64,000 nt of DNA from an uncultured Thermococci archaeon. Lineage in GTDB: Archaea > CAYQAE01 > CAYVLA01. Made by a program: the position numbers and the translations under genes. Positions within the stretch are counted from its first letter, which is position 1. Each line of letters begins with the position of its first letter. Where the stretch lies: positions 1 to 64,000 of the forward strand of contig CAZJVP010000101.1 in NCBI GenBank assembly GCA_964549615.1. Reading direction: 5' to 3'. Shown one piece after another: positions 16,962-27,392 of the stretch. Under the pieces are notes generated by a model. The model worked only from the letters and a program-made list of their open reading frames with translations, was not told the DNA's origin and made no database searches.

Positions 16962-19634
16962 TCACTTGGCATCCCGGCCGGGCGCGAGGCCCAGCTGGGC
17001 GATCTCAGTGCCCAGGACGGTCTCGCCGTTTCTGATGTCCAGGGTGACCACGTTTCCGTGGCGACCTAGGGCTTCGTGGTGGGTCGCGACGATTATCTGC
17101 GGGATCTCGCTCGTGTCGGCCAGCACCTCGGCCAGGGCCTCGACCTCGGCCTTCCCGATGTTCTGGGTGGGCTCGTCTATGATCCAGCACCCGATGTTCA
17201 TCTTCATGGCCTTGGCCACGGCGAGGCGGAAGGCAATGCTGACTATGGCCTTCTGCCCAGCCGACAGGTTGTGTGCCTCGATGCTGCCCATCGGCCCGAT
17301 GAGGGAGACCTCGTAGCTGTCGGAAACCTGCACGTCGTGGAAATCCTCGTAGGCGTAGAGCCTTTGAAATTCCGCCCTCAGGATCTCCCTGAGCACGTTG
17401 ATCAGGTTGGTTCTGATCATCTCCCTGGCGTCCTTGTACTTCTCCCGGATCTGCTCGAGCAGGTTCTTCGCCTCGCTGTAGATCGTCACCGTCCTGTTGA
17501 GTTGGGCCGCCTTCTTCTGCTCCAGGACATACTCCTCGATCCGCTGGTCGATCTGGGCGATTGAGTCGGTCTTCTGCCTGTATTCAGCGCAGAGGCGTTC
17601 CTTTGAGACCCTTCTAGAGTTGAGATCATCCTTGAGGGCCTCGATGCGCCGCGTGATTTCTTCCAGCACCCTGGAGAGTCTCACTTGCGGATCTTCACAC
17701 TTGCCAACCAGAGGCTCGTACGTCGAGGACATCTCGCTTTCGTCTCGGGCCAGATCCGACTCGAGGGACTCGATCGACATCTTGATCTCCCGGAGCGCCG
17801 AAGAGTCCCTCTCGAGATCCTTCTTCAGGCGGGCGGTCAGCTCCTCTGTCGTCTTGATCTCGGCGTCGATCTGCGCCAGGCCGTCCAAGGACCGTTGTCT
17901 TCGCTTGTGGGTCTCCTCGAGGCGCCGCTCCAGGGCCGGAAACCAGTCGTCGCCTTGGAGCCCATGCGCCTCCTTGACCTTCTCGATCTGGCCTTTCAGG
18001 TCCTCAAGTGAGGCCCGGTGTGCCGCAAGATCATCTTCGTGCCTCCTCTTTCTCGATCGACACTCTTCCAGGTTAGCGGCAAGGTTAGACCTGTTCTGGC
18101 GGTGGCCTGCAATCTCCGCTTCGAGGTTCGACATGTCTCTTAGGATCTGCTCGAGCCTCCTCTCCTCGGACTCGCTTCTCGCTTTCATCTCCTCCAGGGC
18201 TTGGCGGGATCGAGCGACCGAGGAGACCGCCTCCTCCTCCTCGCGCAGCAGGCGCTTCGTGATCGCCTCAACCCTGGCGATGACCCTGGCCCTGTGGCTC
18301 CTGGCCACCGGCTGTTCACAGAAGGGGCACTCGGCACCCTCGGGCAGGGAGTTCAGCTTGCTTATCCTGCTGGCCTCCTCCACGACCTTCTCGTGTACCG
18401 CGTTCGCCCTCAATTCCACCTTCCTCAGGTCCTCGTCCTGGGCCGCGATGCTGGCCTTGAGCCTTTCAAGGGACTCGCGGGATGCCGAGATGTCACGCTC
18501 CAGGGATGCCTTCTTCAGCATGCATCCGGACAGCTCCTCCCCAGCCTTCTGGAGTTTGGCCTGAATGGCGGACTCGGACTTGATCTCGGCCTCAACTTCC
18601 CGGCCGAGGGACTCGATCCGCTCGATCAGCGTGCGCTGGCGCTCAAGCATCGCGGACGCCTTGGACCTCAGGCTCCACAGCTTCTCGTACAGCGTCTCCA
18701 GCTCGCGGCTGGATGCCTCCGCCCTTTGGCGCTCCTGGCAAAGGGCTTCAAGCCTCGCCCTCCGTTCCTCCAGGATCTGGGTCGATTCGGATATCCTCCT
18801 CTCCAGCTCCGCGATCTGGAACTTGCGATTGTTGAGATCAGCCTCCTTTCGTGCTATGATGCTTGACAAGGTCTGCACCTTCTCGCAGGCGTCCTGTATG
18901 GGCTTGGCCTGTGCTGCGAGGCGTTCGAGTTGTGAGGCGTCGCACGAAATCTGCTTGTCAAGGGCTTCGATCTGCTCGCCTATCTGGATCAACTCTCGCT
19001 GGCCCTTCTCCCTATCTTGCCTCATCTCATCTAGGCTGTAGCGGGAAAGGTAGGCGTTCGTGTCGACTAGCGCGCCTTTGGCCTTCCCGATATCTTCGTC
19101 GAAGAACCTCACGAACTCGGTCAGCCTTTCGAAGGTCTCCCTGAGTCCCTCCGCGCCGAGGAGCTTGTCTATGTTTTTCTGGCGCACCTCCGGGCTTCCG
19201 GTGATCACGTTCGTCAGCTCGCCCTGGGCCGAGTAGAAGAGATCCCTGAACTTCCGCGCCGAGATCCCCAGCGTACCCTCGATGTACTCATTGATCTCGT
19301 TGGTGTTCTCCGAGACGACTGTCCATGTCAGGCCGTCCGGGGAGGTCTCGAGTCGTGTCTCCACGCCGCGAGCGAGCTTGAAGTGCGATCCATCATAGAA
19401 AAAGGTCAGCTCTATCTGGAACCTCTCAGGGGTGGCATCCCTCCTTAGAACATCGTTCTTCTTCGGACCGGACCCGCCGAACCCGAAAAGCGAGATGAGG
19501 ATGGATTCAAGGATCGAGGACTTCCCGCTCCCGATCCTTCCCAGCAATACGTTGAGGCCTGGCCTGAAGGCTATGATGGTGGTGCGGTCCCCGTAGGAGC
19601 GAAAGTTCCTGAGCCGCACTTCCTCGATTCTCAC
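16962..19634 (-). CDS. rad50: DNA double-strand break repair ATPase Rad50
   Basis: Walker A GRIGSGKSS, Q-loop AQGE, long coiled coil, zinc hook CPFC, signature LSAGQ, Walker B IIDEPT. Confidence 0.92.
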   Translation of the reverse strand: MRIEEVRLRNFRSYGDRTTIIAFRPGLNVLLGRIGSGKSSILESILISLFGFGGSGPKKNDVLRRDATPERFQIELTFFYDGSHFKLARGVETRLETSPDGLTWTVVSENTNEINEYIEGTLGISARKFRDLFYSAQGELTNVITGSPEVRQKNIDKLLGAEGLRETFERLTEFVRFFDEDIGKAKGALVDTNAYLSRYSLDEMRQDREKGQRELIQIGEQIEALDKQISCDASQLERLAAQAKPIQDACEKVQTLSSIIARKEADLNNRKFQIAELERRISESTQILEERRARLEALCQERQRAEASSRELETLYEKLWSLRSKASAMLERQRTLIERIESLGREVEAEIKSESAIQAKLQKAGEELSGCMLKKASLERDISASRESLERLKASIAAQDEDLRKVELRANAVHEKVVEEASRISKLNSLPEGAECPFCEQPVARSHRARVIARVEAITKRLLREEEEAVSSVARSRQALEEMKARSESEERRLEQILRDMSNLEAEIAGHRQNRSNLAANLEECRSRKRRHEDDLAAHRASLEDLKGQIEKVKEAHGLQGDDWFPALERRLEETHKRRQRSLDGLAQIDAEIKTTEELTARLKKDLERDSSALREIKMSIESLESDLARDESEMSSTYEPLVGKCEDPQVRLSRVLEEITRRIEALKDDLNSRRVSKERLCAEYRQKTDSIAQIDQRIEEYVLEQKKAAQLNRTVTIYSEAKNLLEQIREKYKDAREMIRTNLINVLREILRAEFQRLYAYEDFHDVQVSDSYEVSLIGPMGSIEAHNLSAGQKAIVSIAFRLAVAKAMKMNIGCWIIDEPTQNIGKAEVEALAEVLADTSEIPQIIVATHHEALGRHGNVVTLDIRNGETVLGTEIAQLGLAPGRDAK

Positions 19635-20965
19635 CGCTCTTCCTCCTCCGGGTAGAAGGACTCCGCGACGGAATAGAGGTCCTTTGCCAGTATGGACTCG
19701 ACGTCCTCCTTCTGGTCCCGCTCGAAAGCGCGGTAGATGTTGTACGCGATCTGGGCAAGGATCGAGATCACCGTCTCGTCCCTGATGGGGTTCCCGGCTA
19801 GGTCGCGAAGGTTCCTCTCGGAGAAAAGGACTCTGAAGGTGTCGGGCCCGATCCGCACCTCGCTCCAGTTCTCGTTGCTAACTATCTCCCCTATGTCTTT
19901 TCGTATGACCTTTTCGGTGTTTATCTTGACGGCGATCGGCCCTCGGTCTGAAAGCCTGGCCTCTATCCCAGCTCGGTCCACATCCGCGTGGCCATGCGGT
20001 GTCTGGCCCCTGAGGACGAAGTAGATCAGAGCCCCAGCGAGGTCTGAGTCGGTGATGGCGTTTATGCACTGTTCTGTAATCTCGTTGCCCGCAAGTCCGT
20101 CGACCTCCACGTCGTACCTCCTCACCTTCCTTACCCGGTCGAGGTCGATCGGTCTGAACTCACACTGTATGTCCTGGCCCGACACCGAGAGCAGATAGTG
20201 CCCCTTCCTTTCGCCGAACTCACCCGAATCGATCCTCTCAGTGCTCCCTGGAACTAGGAACCTCGTGCCCCTGACTTCCTCATAGAAGGACCTGTGGGTA
20301 TGGCCCGCGATCACCAGGTCGAACCCCTTGTCGAGGAAGAGTTCCTTGGGGAGTATGTCGCCCCTCGTGTATGGGGCGGTAAGGTCGGCTATGCCTTGGT
20401 GAACGATCAGAATGTTGTGCTCGACGTTCGGGATGGGCTTGACCTCGCCCAGGATCTTCTCAAAGTGCGACGTGGGACGATGGCCAAGCCCCTGTATGCC
20501 GACCGTGACGCCTCCGGCCTCGCATACGTAACGGGGAAGGTAGATTGTCTCATCCGCCCTCCTTAGGTCAAGGTAGTTACACAGAGACATGGAGTCGAAG
20601 TACCTCAGGATGCTGAAGCAGCCGCTTTCGCACCTTGCATCCGCGGTGCCATCGTGGTTGCCGTGGATGATGAACACGTTCGGCGAGCCTTGCTGTCCCG
20701 TCACCTGCTCGGTTACGGAACATCCATCCGAGGGAAGCGGAAGCGACTGAAATGATGAAAGGCCCATCTCGAAGATCCAGCCTGGCGGGAACACCGCATC
20801 GAAGAGGTCGCCAGCGTGGATTATCAGATCGGGCTTCGCCGAGATGATCCCGTCCAGCGCGGCCTCGAAGCCCGAGCAGATGTCCCTCTCCCTGAACTCC
20901 ATCGTGGGGTATCTCCGCCCCAGGTGCGAGTCTGCCGTGACCGCGATCGTCATCCCTTCGGTCAC
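19631..20965 (-). CDS. mre11: DNA repair nuclease Mre11
   Basis: Metallophosphoesterase motifs DSHLG, GDLFD, GNHD, GHTH, PGSTE. Overlaps the rad50 start. Confidence 0.9.
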   Translation of the reverse strand: MTEGMTIAVTADSHLGRRYPTMEFRERDICSGFEAALDGIISAKPDLIIHAGDLFDAVFPPGWIFEMGLSSFQSLPLPSDGCSVTEQVTGQQGSPNVFIIHGNHDGTADARCESGCFSILRYFDSMSLCNYLDLRRADETIYLPRYVCEAGGVTVGIQGLGHRPTSHFEKILGEVKPIPNVEHNILIVHQGIADLTAPYTRGDILPKELFLDKGFDLVIAGHTHRSFYEEVRGTRFLVPGSTERIDSGEFGERKGHYLLSVSGQDIQCEFRPIDLDRVRKVRRYDVEVDGLAGNEITEQCINAITDSDLAGALIYFVLRGQTPHGHADVDRAGIEARLSDRGPIAVKINTEKVIRKDIGEIVSNENWSEVRIGPDTFRVLFSERNLRDLAGNPIRDETVISILAQIAYNIYRAFERDQKEDVESILAKDLYSVAESFYPEEEER

Positions 20966-22107
20966 TTTTCGGCCTCCGCGCTCAGAGACGGGACGGGCCT
21001 AGGCACGCCGTTGGTCCACATGACCCTGATCGTCGAGCCCACTTTGGCTTCTGCGGGTGTCTGGTCAAGATCGAATGTCAGGTTGCTGCGCGGATCCAGT
21101 ATCTGGATCCCGTCAGGTCGAACCTCCGTGACGATGGCATCGCCAACGTCCCGCTGCCTGGCTAACACCGGCAGATCCTTGGCAGCGGCCCCCTCGACGC
21201 ACACGGTGCGGCCGTCCAGTCCCAGCAGTGCAACCCTTCCGCCCCGCACGTGCTGCACCACGTACGTGCGTCCGTTGTGCTCGGTGATGTCGCCCGGCCG
21301 GAGGCCGGGGAGCCGCAGCAGGATCGTGAACTTGTACAGCTTCCTGTTGCTGCCCTTCTCCACGCCCACGATTTTCCTGGACTCCTCGATCGTTCCGCCC
21401 CTTTGGCGGACAGCCTTCCTTGCGATGTCCCTCGCCCTCTTGACGGACCCCAAGTAGAAGTCCCTCCCCTGGCGGGCGTCCTCCATCTTGGAGAGGAACC
21501 CCATGCGGTCCTTCGATCCAGCGCCGGAGGCCTCCTTTACTAGGGACGTGATCCAATCCAGCTCCTCCGGGTCCAGATCTCGCCCTTCTGCCCTCACCTG
21601 TAACGTGCAGGAGTAGAATTCTGAGCCCTTCAGCCCGCACTCTCTGCAGGTCTTCCTCTGGAAGGGCACGGTCGACCGCACGCAGACCTTGGCGGTCTCG
21701 CCCCCTTCGCCGAGCGGTCCCACCTCCGCACAGATGTCAAGTGAGATCTTCCTCCTCATCATGGACGGTCGCTCGACCCAAAGGCGCAATAGCGCTGGTC
21801 CGGTCTGCTTCGCAGCCCCCTGGCGCGATCCAGCGGCGAATTGGTCGGTGAGCTTGGTTCTCCTCGGGAGTTCGGCCTCGACGGCCTTCACGATCGTCGA
21901 TCGCAGGTCTGCCCCGCCCTCTCTCCAGGAGTTCTCATGCTTGTATCTGAGGCATTGGGGGCAGACCGTGATCTGGAAAGGGGATAGCCTGAGGATCTGC
22001 CTTGTGCCCAAGAAGCATGCAGGACAGATCCCGTCGATGAGGTTTCGGACGAGGCTGCCGCATCCCGGGCAGCGCGCCGCTCGCGACTGGACATTTGTCC
22101 CGCACAT
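20962..22107 (-). CDS. nmd3: NMD3 family ribosome-associated protein
   Basis: Four CxxC pairs, Y...LQVR, DFYLGS...AR, LYKFTILLRLP. Confidence 0.88.
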   Translation of the reverse strand: MCGTNVQSRAARCPGCGSLVRNLIDGICPACFLGTRQILRLSPFQITVCPQCLRYKHENSWREGGADLRSTIVKAVEAELPRRTKLTDQFAAGSRQGAAKQTGPALLRLWVERPSMMRRKISLDICAEVGPLGEGGETAKVCVRSTVPFQRKTCRECGLKGSEFYSCTLQVRAEGRDLDPEELDWITSLVKEASGAGSKDRMGFLSKMEDARQGRDFYLGSVKRARDIARKAVRQRGGTIEESRKIVGVEKGSNRKLYKFTILLRLPGLRPGDITEHNGRTYVVQHVRGGRVALLGLDGRTVCVEGAAAKDLPVLARQRDVGDAIVTEVRPDGIQILDPRSNLTFDLDQTPAEAKVGSTIRVMWTNGVPRPVPSLSAEAEK

Positions 22108-22119
22108 TGCTGACGACTC

Positions 22120-22440
22120 CTAGATGAAGAACTTGACCATCTGGGCATGGGGGACGCCCGCGACAACTATCACCTTGTCTCTCTCGACCAATCCTAGGCT
22201 GATGGCCTTTGACACGCAGTCCTTTCCCACCAAGTTTGCAATCGTTGCTTCCTTCAGGAAGGGCTCGCAATCGTCGATTCCGATCAGCGTTCCCTTGTAG
22301 AAACCCTCGTTCACCTTCAAATTGAACTCACCCTCCCTGAAAGTCTTACCCAGGACATCCCTGTCGCACATGGCGACCAGCATCTCGCCCTGGGCCCTAT
22401 GGATCTTCATGAAGACTTTGGGACACTTCCCCTCGGGCAA
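22120..22440 (-). CDS. DUF424 family protein
   Basis: VAMCD..VLGK.F, FYKG, ANLVG, GVPHAQ. Confidence 0.9.
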   Translation of the reverse strand: MPEGKCPKVFMKIHRAQGEMLVAMCDRDVLGKTFREGEFNLKVNEGFYKGTLIGIDDCEPFLKEATIANLVGKDCVSKAISLGLVERDKVIVVAGVPHAQMVKFFI

Positions 22441-22449
22441 CGGATCGAC

Positions 22450-22860
22450 CTAGAAGGACCTTATGCTACTTCTGGCCCCGCAGGCCTCGCACTTCAGCAT
22501 GTGAACCCTTCCCTGCTTGATGATGTTCGTGTCGGGCTTGCCGCATTCATGGCAGAACACATACTCCTTGGCATACGCGTTCACGAGCTCCATTATCTTC
22601 TGGTCAGTGAAGCGGCCTTGGAACACGGCCCTCCGGGTCTCTATCTCGCCCGCTGTTGCAAGCTCCTTGCTGAGGAACTTGATGATGTGGTCGGCCTTTC
22701 GGCTGAATGCGTCGGCAAGGTCGCCGAAGTTCCGCACAATCGTTCGCTTGCCCACTGTGATTATGTCCAGCTGCGGGATGTCGAATCTCTTCTTCTCGAA
22801 GATCTCCTTCGGAAGTTGGGATCTTGCCCTCTCTAGGAGATCATCATAGCTGGAGATCAT
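22450..22860 (-). CDS. eif2b: Translation initiation factor aIF2 beta subunit
   Basis: YDDLLERA, KELATAG, YV.C.ECGKPDT, KCEACGA. Confidence 0.95.
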   Translation of the reverse strand: MISSYDDLLERARSQLPKEIFEKKRFDIPQLDIITVGKRTIVRNFGDLADAFSRKADHIIKFLSKELATAGEIETRRAVFQGRFTDQKIMELVNAYAKEYVFCHECGKPDTNIIKQGRVHMLKCEACGARSSIRSF

Positions 22861-23467
22861 TCTTCTTCACCTTCCTGAGCCTGTAGATCTCAAGCTCCCT
22901 CAACGGCTCCCAGTTGGGGTCCGCAATCGCAGATACAGAGAGGGGCGACAGGTAAATCTCTCCCTCGTACTCCCTTATCTGGCCTATGACGTCCACGATC
23001 TGTCCGACCTCGAACGGTTGCAAGACCTTCGCCTCCTCTCTCCAACCCTTAACCCTTATCGTCTCGGTTCCATCATCCAAGGTCAGTGCGCAGTATGTGC
23101 CGTCCTGCGAGGAGAACTTGTGGGCGACCGTTCCCATCACGCGCGCCTTGTCGATGTTCTCTCCGTTCCACATCCTAAGGAAGCTCCTCGCCGAGCCCGA
23201 TCCGCGCACGAACTCACCGCTCACGAGTTCCATCGAGTAAACCTTTGCCGCGTGCTCGCTCACCTGGACTGGCCCGGCCTGTGGCGTCGGCAACGCCCGC
23301 CGCATCTGGTCTCGCGCCCCCACGGGCTCGTCTCTCTCGGGCTTGACCTCTCCAACGAGCTGGATTTCTTCCAAGTCCTCGAGGTCCTCGAGCTCGAGTT
23401 CTTCGGGATCTGTCTCCTCAGGCTCGCCCTCGTGGCTGGTCATCGTCTCACGCAATCTTCGATTCAC
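22844..23467 (-). CDS. RPA32-like OB-fold ssDNA-binding protein with acidic N-terminal extension
   Basis: ARVMGTV, LDDGTETIRVK.W, VIGQIREY, DPNW. Confidence 0.8.
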   Translation of the reverse strand: MNRRLRETMTSHEGEPEETDPEELELEDLEDLEEIQLVGEVKPERDEPVGARDQMRRALPTPQAGPVQVSEHAAKVYSMELVSGEFVRGSGSARSFLRMWNGENIDKARVMGTVAHKFSSQDGTYCALTLDDGTETIRVKGWREEAKVLQPFEVGQIVDVIGQIREYEGEIYLSPLSVSAIADPNWEPLRELEIYRLRKVKKNDLQL

Positions 23468-23637
23468 TAGGCAGGTTCGGTTGGACGAAGGCGCGCGGTT
23501 TGGCTGAAAAAGCTTTTCCCGACGTCAACGCACGACGCCAACGTAGTCATCCCGCATTTCTGGTGGAAAGGAAAGTAATGGGTTTGCGCGCTGCGGGCAG
23601 TAAGGATTTTAAGTGAGTTGCGGAGACGCTGACGGGA

Positions 23638-24900
23638 ATGAGAACGTTTCGCGGAGGGACGTTGGGAAGCTTCCTCGGGCCTGGGCGGCTCCAGACGTTC
23701 GTGCTGATCGCTCTCGCTCTCCCAATCACAGCCCGTCCGGCTGGGTGCGACACTCGAAGGACGCGCATTCTGGTTGTCGGGGAGATCGGACAGATCAATG
23801 CGCTCCGCGGACTGCTGGCGGGCGAGCCGTTCGTCAGCATCGTCGCGGTGCCGTGCCGCGCGGTTGGGACATCGCTGAGCCAGCAGGAAGCGGAGAAGTT
23901 CATTAGGCTCTACTTCCCCCGCACGTACGAGGCGATGCGGGGCTACCAGTTCATCATCCTCACCGCTACTGAGTACGACCTATTGTCTCCTAGACAGGAC
24001 CAGTGGATGTATGATTCGATCCGCGAGGGGACTGGCGGGATCAACGACAACAGCGTCTTCAGCGTGGTGGGCACGATCATGAGCGCGTGGGCCAATTCCC
24101 TGACCTCCAAAGCCTTCCCCAACGACGCGGCCGCGGTGGCAGAGAGGGGGGGATGGCGGGGTATGTCCCTCGCTTTCAGCGTGACGATCGACAAGAACTT
24201 CCCTGATCCCGTTCTGACCCTTTTCGCACCTTACGGCGTGGAGAGGACCCCATGCTGGGGGGTCTCCAGCGTGGTCGTGCCCCGGCAAGGATCGGCGACG
24301 CTCGCGTGGCAGCACGGCAACTTCGCCACCAAGCAGCCATACCTAGCCGTCTGGGACTACGAGAAGGGAAGGACCTTCACATGTGGCAGCCTGATCCCCG
24401 GCGGTTGGTTCATATACCCCGATAATCCCTATTGCGCCGAGATCCTGATCAACATGATCTTCTACTCCGCCAAGAGGAAGTTGATCCAGGATGTCGAGGA
24501 GTTCCACTTGGCTAGGTCCAGCATCATTCAGTTCGACATGCGAAGGGGAGTGCTGCTTTCGCTTAAGGACTTCATAGATGCGTTCGGAGCGGATACGCGG
24601 CCGATCGACGACGAGATGTCACAGCTGGAGGCACTCTACGATGATGGCGTTCAGTTGTATAGCGACCTCGAGTTCTCGAAGTGCCGGGAGCAGATGAGCG
24701 GCGTGCTGGCTAGGTTCGGCGAGGTTGAGAGGATGGCGATGAGGATGAAGGATCAGGCTCTCCTCTGGGTGTACATGGCGGAGTGGCTCGCGGTCTCGGC
24801 CGTCCTCTGCATCTCGGGCTTCAGCCTGTGGACGCTGATGGTCAGGAGGAGGCTTTACCGAGCGGCGGCTCAAACTAGGCTTTCACGGGAACTGCAGTGA
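23638..24900 (+). CDS. Secreted, membrane-anchored GATase1/DUF1355-like protein (paralog 2 of 5)
   Basis: Signal peptide, RILVVGE, IRLYFPRTY, FIDAFGAD, KDQALLWVYMAEW-TM-RRRLYR. TATA TTTTAAG at about 23606. Confidence 0.82.
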   Translation: MRTFRGGTLGSFLGPGRLQTFVLIALALPITARPAGCDTRRTRILVVGEIGQINALRGLLAGEPFVSIVAVPCRAVGTSLSQQEAEKFIRLYFPRTYEAMRGYQFIILTATEYDLLSPRQDQWMYDSIREGTGGINDNSVFSVVGTIMSAWANSLTSKAFPNDAAAVAERGGWRGMSLAFSVTIDKNFPDPVLTLFAPYGVERTPCWGVSSVVVPRQGSATLAWQHGNFATKQPYLAVWDYEKGRTFTCGSLIPGGWFIYPDNPYCAEILINMIFYSAKRKLIQDVEEFHLARSSIIQFDMRRGVLLSLKDFIDAFGADTRPIDDEMSQLEALYDDGVQLYSDLEFSKCREQMSGVLARFGEVERMAMRMKDQALLWVYMAEWLAVSAVLCISGFSLWTLMVRRRLYRAAAQTRLSRELQ

Positions 24901-25001
24901 CGGCTTCTGTCGCATGCCTTTCGATCTTGCCGGGGTTTCGGCGGTTGCCAATTCGGTCCAACCGGCTCAAATCTAAAAGGGTCGCTGGGGCCCGCCATAC
25001 C

Positions 25002-25862
25002 GTGGGTTCGCCACTTCCCATCACGGACAACCACATTCACATCGATCCCCTGCACGGGCTGGGACCGGCTGAGGTCGCAAGGCTGTTCTCGAAGTCTGGG
25101 GGGACCCACCTTATCGTCGTGAACAAGATGGTGCAGGACTGGGATCTTGCCCTCCGCTCCGTTGATGACTTCAAACGGGCAACAGAATCCTTCCTCCAGA
25201 TGGTGGACAGGTTGAACTCCCAAACCCGCGTTCGAGCGTTCGCGGTGGTAGGCCCGCACCCGGCCGAGCTTGTCAAGCTCTGGGAGACGGCCGGGCCGGA
25301 GAAAGCGAAGTCGGTCTACGGGGAATGCCTGCGGTGCTGCGCCGAGCTCGTGAGGGCGGGAAGGGCCGTCGCGATAGGCGAGGTGGGCAGGCCACATTTC
25401 CCTGTTTCGGAGGAGTTGCTTGAAGCCTCAAACGACCAACTGGATCTAGCCTTTGAGCTTGCGGCAGACGTAGGATGCGCGGTGCAGGTTCATATGGAGA
25501 CCAGCACCCCGGCGCAGTTTGAGGAGCTGGCATCGAGGGCAAGGCGTGCGGGGCTTGACCCGAGGAGGGTCGTGAAACACTTCTCGCCTCCCCTCGTGGC
25601 AGCTGGCCAGGAAACGGGCGTGTTTCCCTCCGTGATCGCCACCAAGGAGAACGTCACCCAGGCTCTAAAGCAGGGGGACAGGTTCCTTGTGGAGACGGAC
25701 TACGTGGATGAGCGTGCCCGGCCCGGCGCAGTGCTAGGACCCAGGACGGTGCCGAGGGTTACACGCACGATGTTGGAGGAAGGCAGGCTCAGCGAGGACT
25801 CGGCGTGGCGAATCCACAAGTTCAGCGTGGAAGCGCTGTATGGCGTGGAGGTGTCGTTGTAG
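25002..25862 (+). CDS. TatD-related metal-dependent hydrolase (archaeal)
   Basis: DNHIH, GPHPAE, IGEVGRPHF, VKHF, ETDY...RPGAVLGP.TVP. Confidence 0.9.
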   Translation: MGSPLPITDNHIHIDPLHGLGPAEVARLFSKSGGTHLIVVNKMVQDWDLALRSVDDFKRATESFLQMVDRLNSQTRVRAFAVVGPHPAELVKLWETAGPEKAKSVYGECLRCCAELVRAGRAVAIGEVGRPHFPVSEELLEASNDQLDLAFELAADVGCAVQVHMETSTPAQFEELASRARRAGLDPRRVVKHFSPPLVAAGQETGVFPSVIATKENVTQALKQGDRFLVETDYVDERARPGAVLGPRTVPRVTRTMLEEGRLSEDSAWRIHKFSVEALYGVEVSL

Positions 25863-25895
25863 CCGAGGCCGTCGAGATCCTAGATGGCGGGCGGC

Positions 25896-27392
25896 TTACC
25901 GTGGGCGCTTCCCTTCTGCCTCACCGAAGGTCCTTCCTGCCCGGCACCCCGCGGTTGCCCTCCCAAATGGCGCACGTTTTCGGTTCAGTTTGGCCCGTCT
26001 TCTGGCTTTCATCCTGAGGGCGGCTCCGGCGGCCAGACTCACCTCCAGAAGCGCAGTGCGGGGCAGGGGGACTTCACCGATGGGAGCGCCTGCCAACGTG
26101 AGGGTGATCTGCTTCGTCGTGTTCAGGTCCACCGCGGCAGAGCTGGAACGCCCCGCATGATAGGCCCCGACCTGGTACGCCCCCGCGGCCCAGCGCCCAG
26201 TGGCATTGATTATCTCCTGCGCCAGGAGCAGCGTCGCGATGCCGGAGGAGTCCGTCAGGGCGGAGTCGGCCTTCGTTCCGTCTTGGAAGTTGGCCGTCAC
26301 ATTCGCCCCCGATACCGGTCCGGTGGAGTCCACGACGTTGACATCCAAGCGCTGGCAGATGTAGATGTTCGATTCTTGATTAGCTGAGTACAGGTCGGCG
26401 GTGGAGTTCCAGATCCACACTCGGGCGTTAACGTTGCAGTCAACGCTGGTCAGCCTGCACGAGGAAAACCGGGTCTGCGAACCACCGTATGCTGAGAACG
26501 GGCCGCTGATCGTTGAGCCGGCCATTTCCAGAACCTCACCCTCCGTGCGCACGCTGTAAAGCTCGGACTCCAAGACGGCCACATGCGAGTCGCTAAATAT
26601 GGTCAATGCCCATCCACGCACCTCGGTGTTTGCGACCGTGATCTTCGGTGCGGTTCCCCAGGGACGGAGCGAGACGGAGCAGTTGGCCAGGAAATTCCAG
26701 AACCTGACAAAGCCGGGCCGCAAACGCACAACCGAGCAGTTCCCCCTGTAGATTCTCGCAAGCAGAAAGCTGTTGATGTTTGATTCTCGGACGTCCACCG
26801 TCGAATTCGTATTGCAAAGGATGTACGGAATCAGGCATCCCCGGATTTCTAGGGACGAATGGTCATCGGCCATCATTCCCTTCGTCGCAGAGCAGCCCGT
26901 CAGCTGACAGGATGCGAAATTGCTCAGGGACATAAAGTGGAAGGTGGAGTCCGCGACAAGGAGCGAAGAAGATCCCTTCGGTTCGATTCTGACCTCTTTC
27001 TCCATCCGGCACTTCTCGAGCCGCCCGGAGCTATTTCCCAGCAGATGCAGCCTCAGGTCGTAGCCATTTGCCGTCACGGTGCTATTGTACGCGATCAGGC
27101 GCGGGCTGCCCGCGGCGGGGTTGCGCAGCGTGATGTTGTGATTCATTCCCTTCTGTGTGAAGTTGAGTACGGCATTTCTGAGAAGCAGCGTCGCGTTTTG
27201 CTCGATGATTATGCTCCCGTTGATGTCGAATCTTCCCTCCAGCACAGTGACCGTGTTGCCCGAGATGACCAGATTGCCCTGGTGGATGGCGGGGGTCGTG
27301 CTCAGGGCGTTTCTGGACTGTGACCCGAATGTTAGCACCATGACAGAAGAAATGAGAAATATCGCACGAGCAAGAGAAGCGGACCTTTTCAC
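25896..27392 (-). CDS. Secreted beta-helix-like protein with CarboxypepD-reg-like domain and C-terminal anchor
   Basis: SD-like GGTGAT upstream, signal peptide, Asn/Ser-rich beta-helix-type repeats, V.D..GPVSGANVT...TDSSG, C-terminal IGE-hydrophobic-basic tail. Confidence 0.72.
   Translation of the reverse strand: MKRSASLARAIFLISSVMVLTFGSQSRNALSTTPAIHQGNLVISGNTVTVLEGRFDINGSIIIEQNATLLLRNAVLNFTQKGMNHNITLRNPAAGSPRLIAYNSTVTANGYDLRLHLLGNSSGRLEKCRMEKEVRIEPKGSSSLLVADSTFHFMSLSNFASCQLTGCSATKGMMADDHSSLEIRGCLIPYILCNTNSTVDVRESNINSFLLARIYRGNCSVVRLRPGFVRFWNFLANCSVSLRPWGTAPKITVANTEVRGWALTIFSDSHVAVLESELYSVRTEGEVLEMAGSTISGPFSAYGGSQTRFSSCRLTSVDCNVNARVWIWNSTADLYSANQESNIYICQRLDVNVVDSTGPVSGANVTANFQDGTKADSALTDSSGIATLLLAQEIINATGRWAAGAYQVGAYHAGRSSSAAVDLNTTKQITLTLAGAPIGEVPLPRTALLEVSLAAGAALRMKARRRAKLNRKRAPFGRATAGCRAGRTFGEAEGKRPR

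Noticed and set aside
17076-19144. Long + strand ORFs opposite rad50, and similar antisense ORFs throughout
   Set aside because: They are antisense shadows of well-supported genes, caused by high GC and codon bias.
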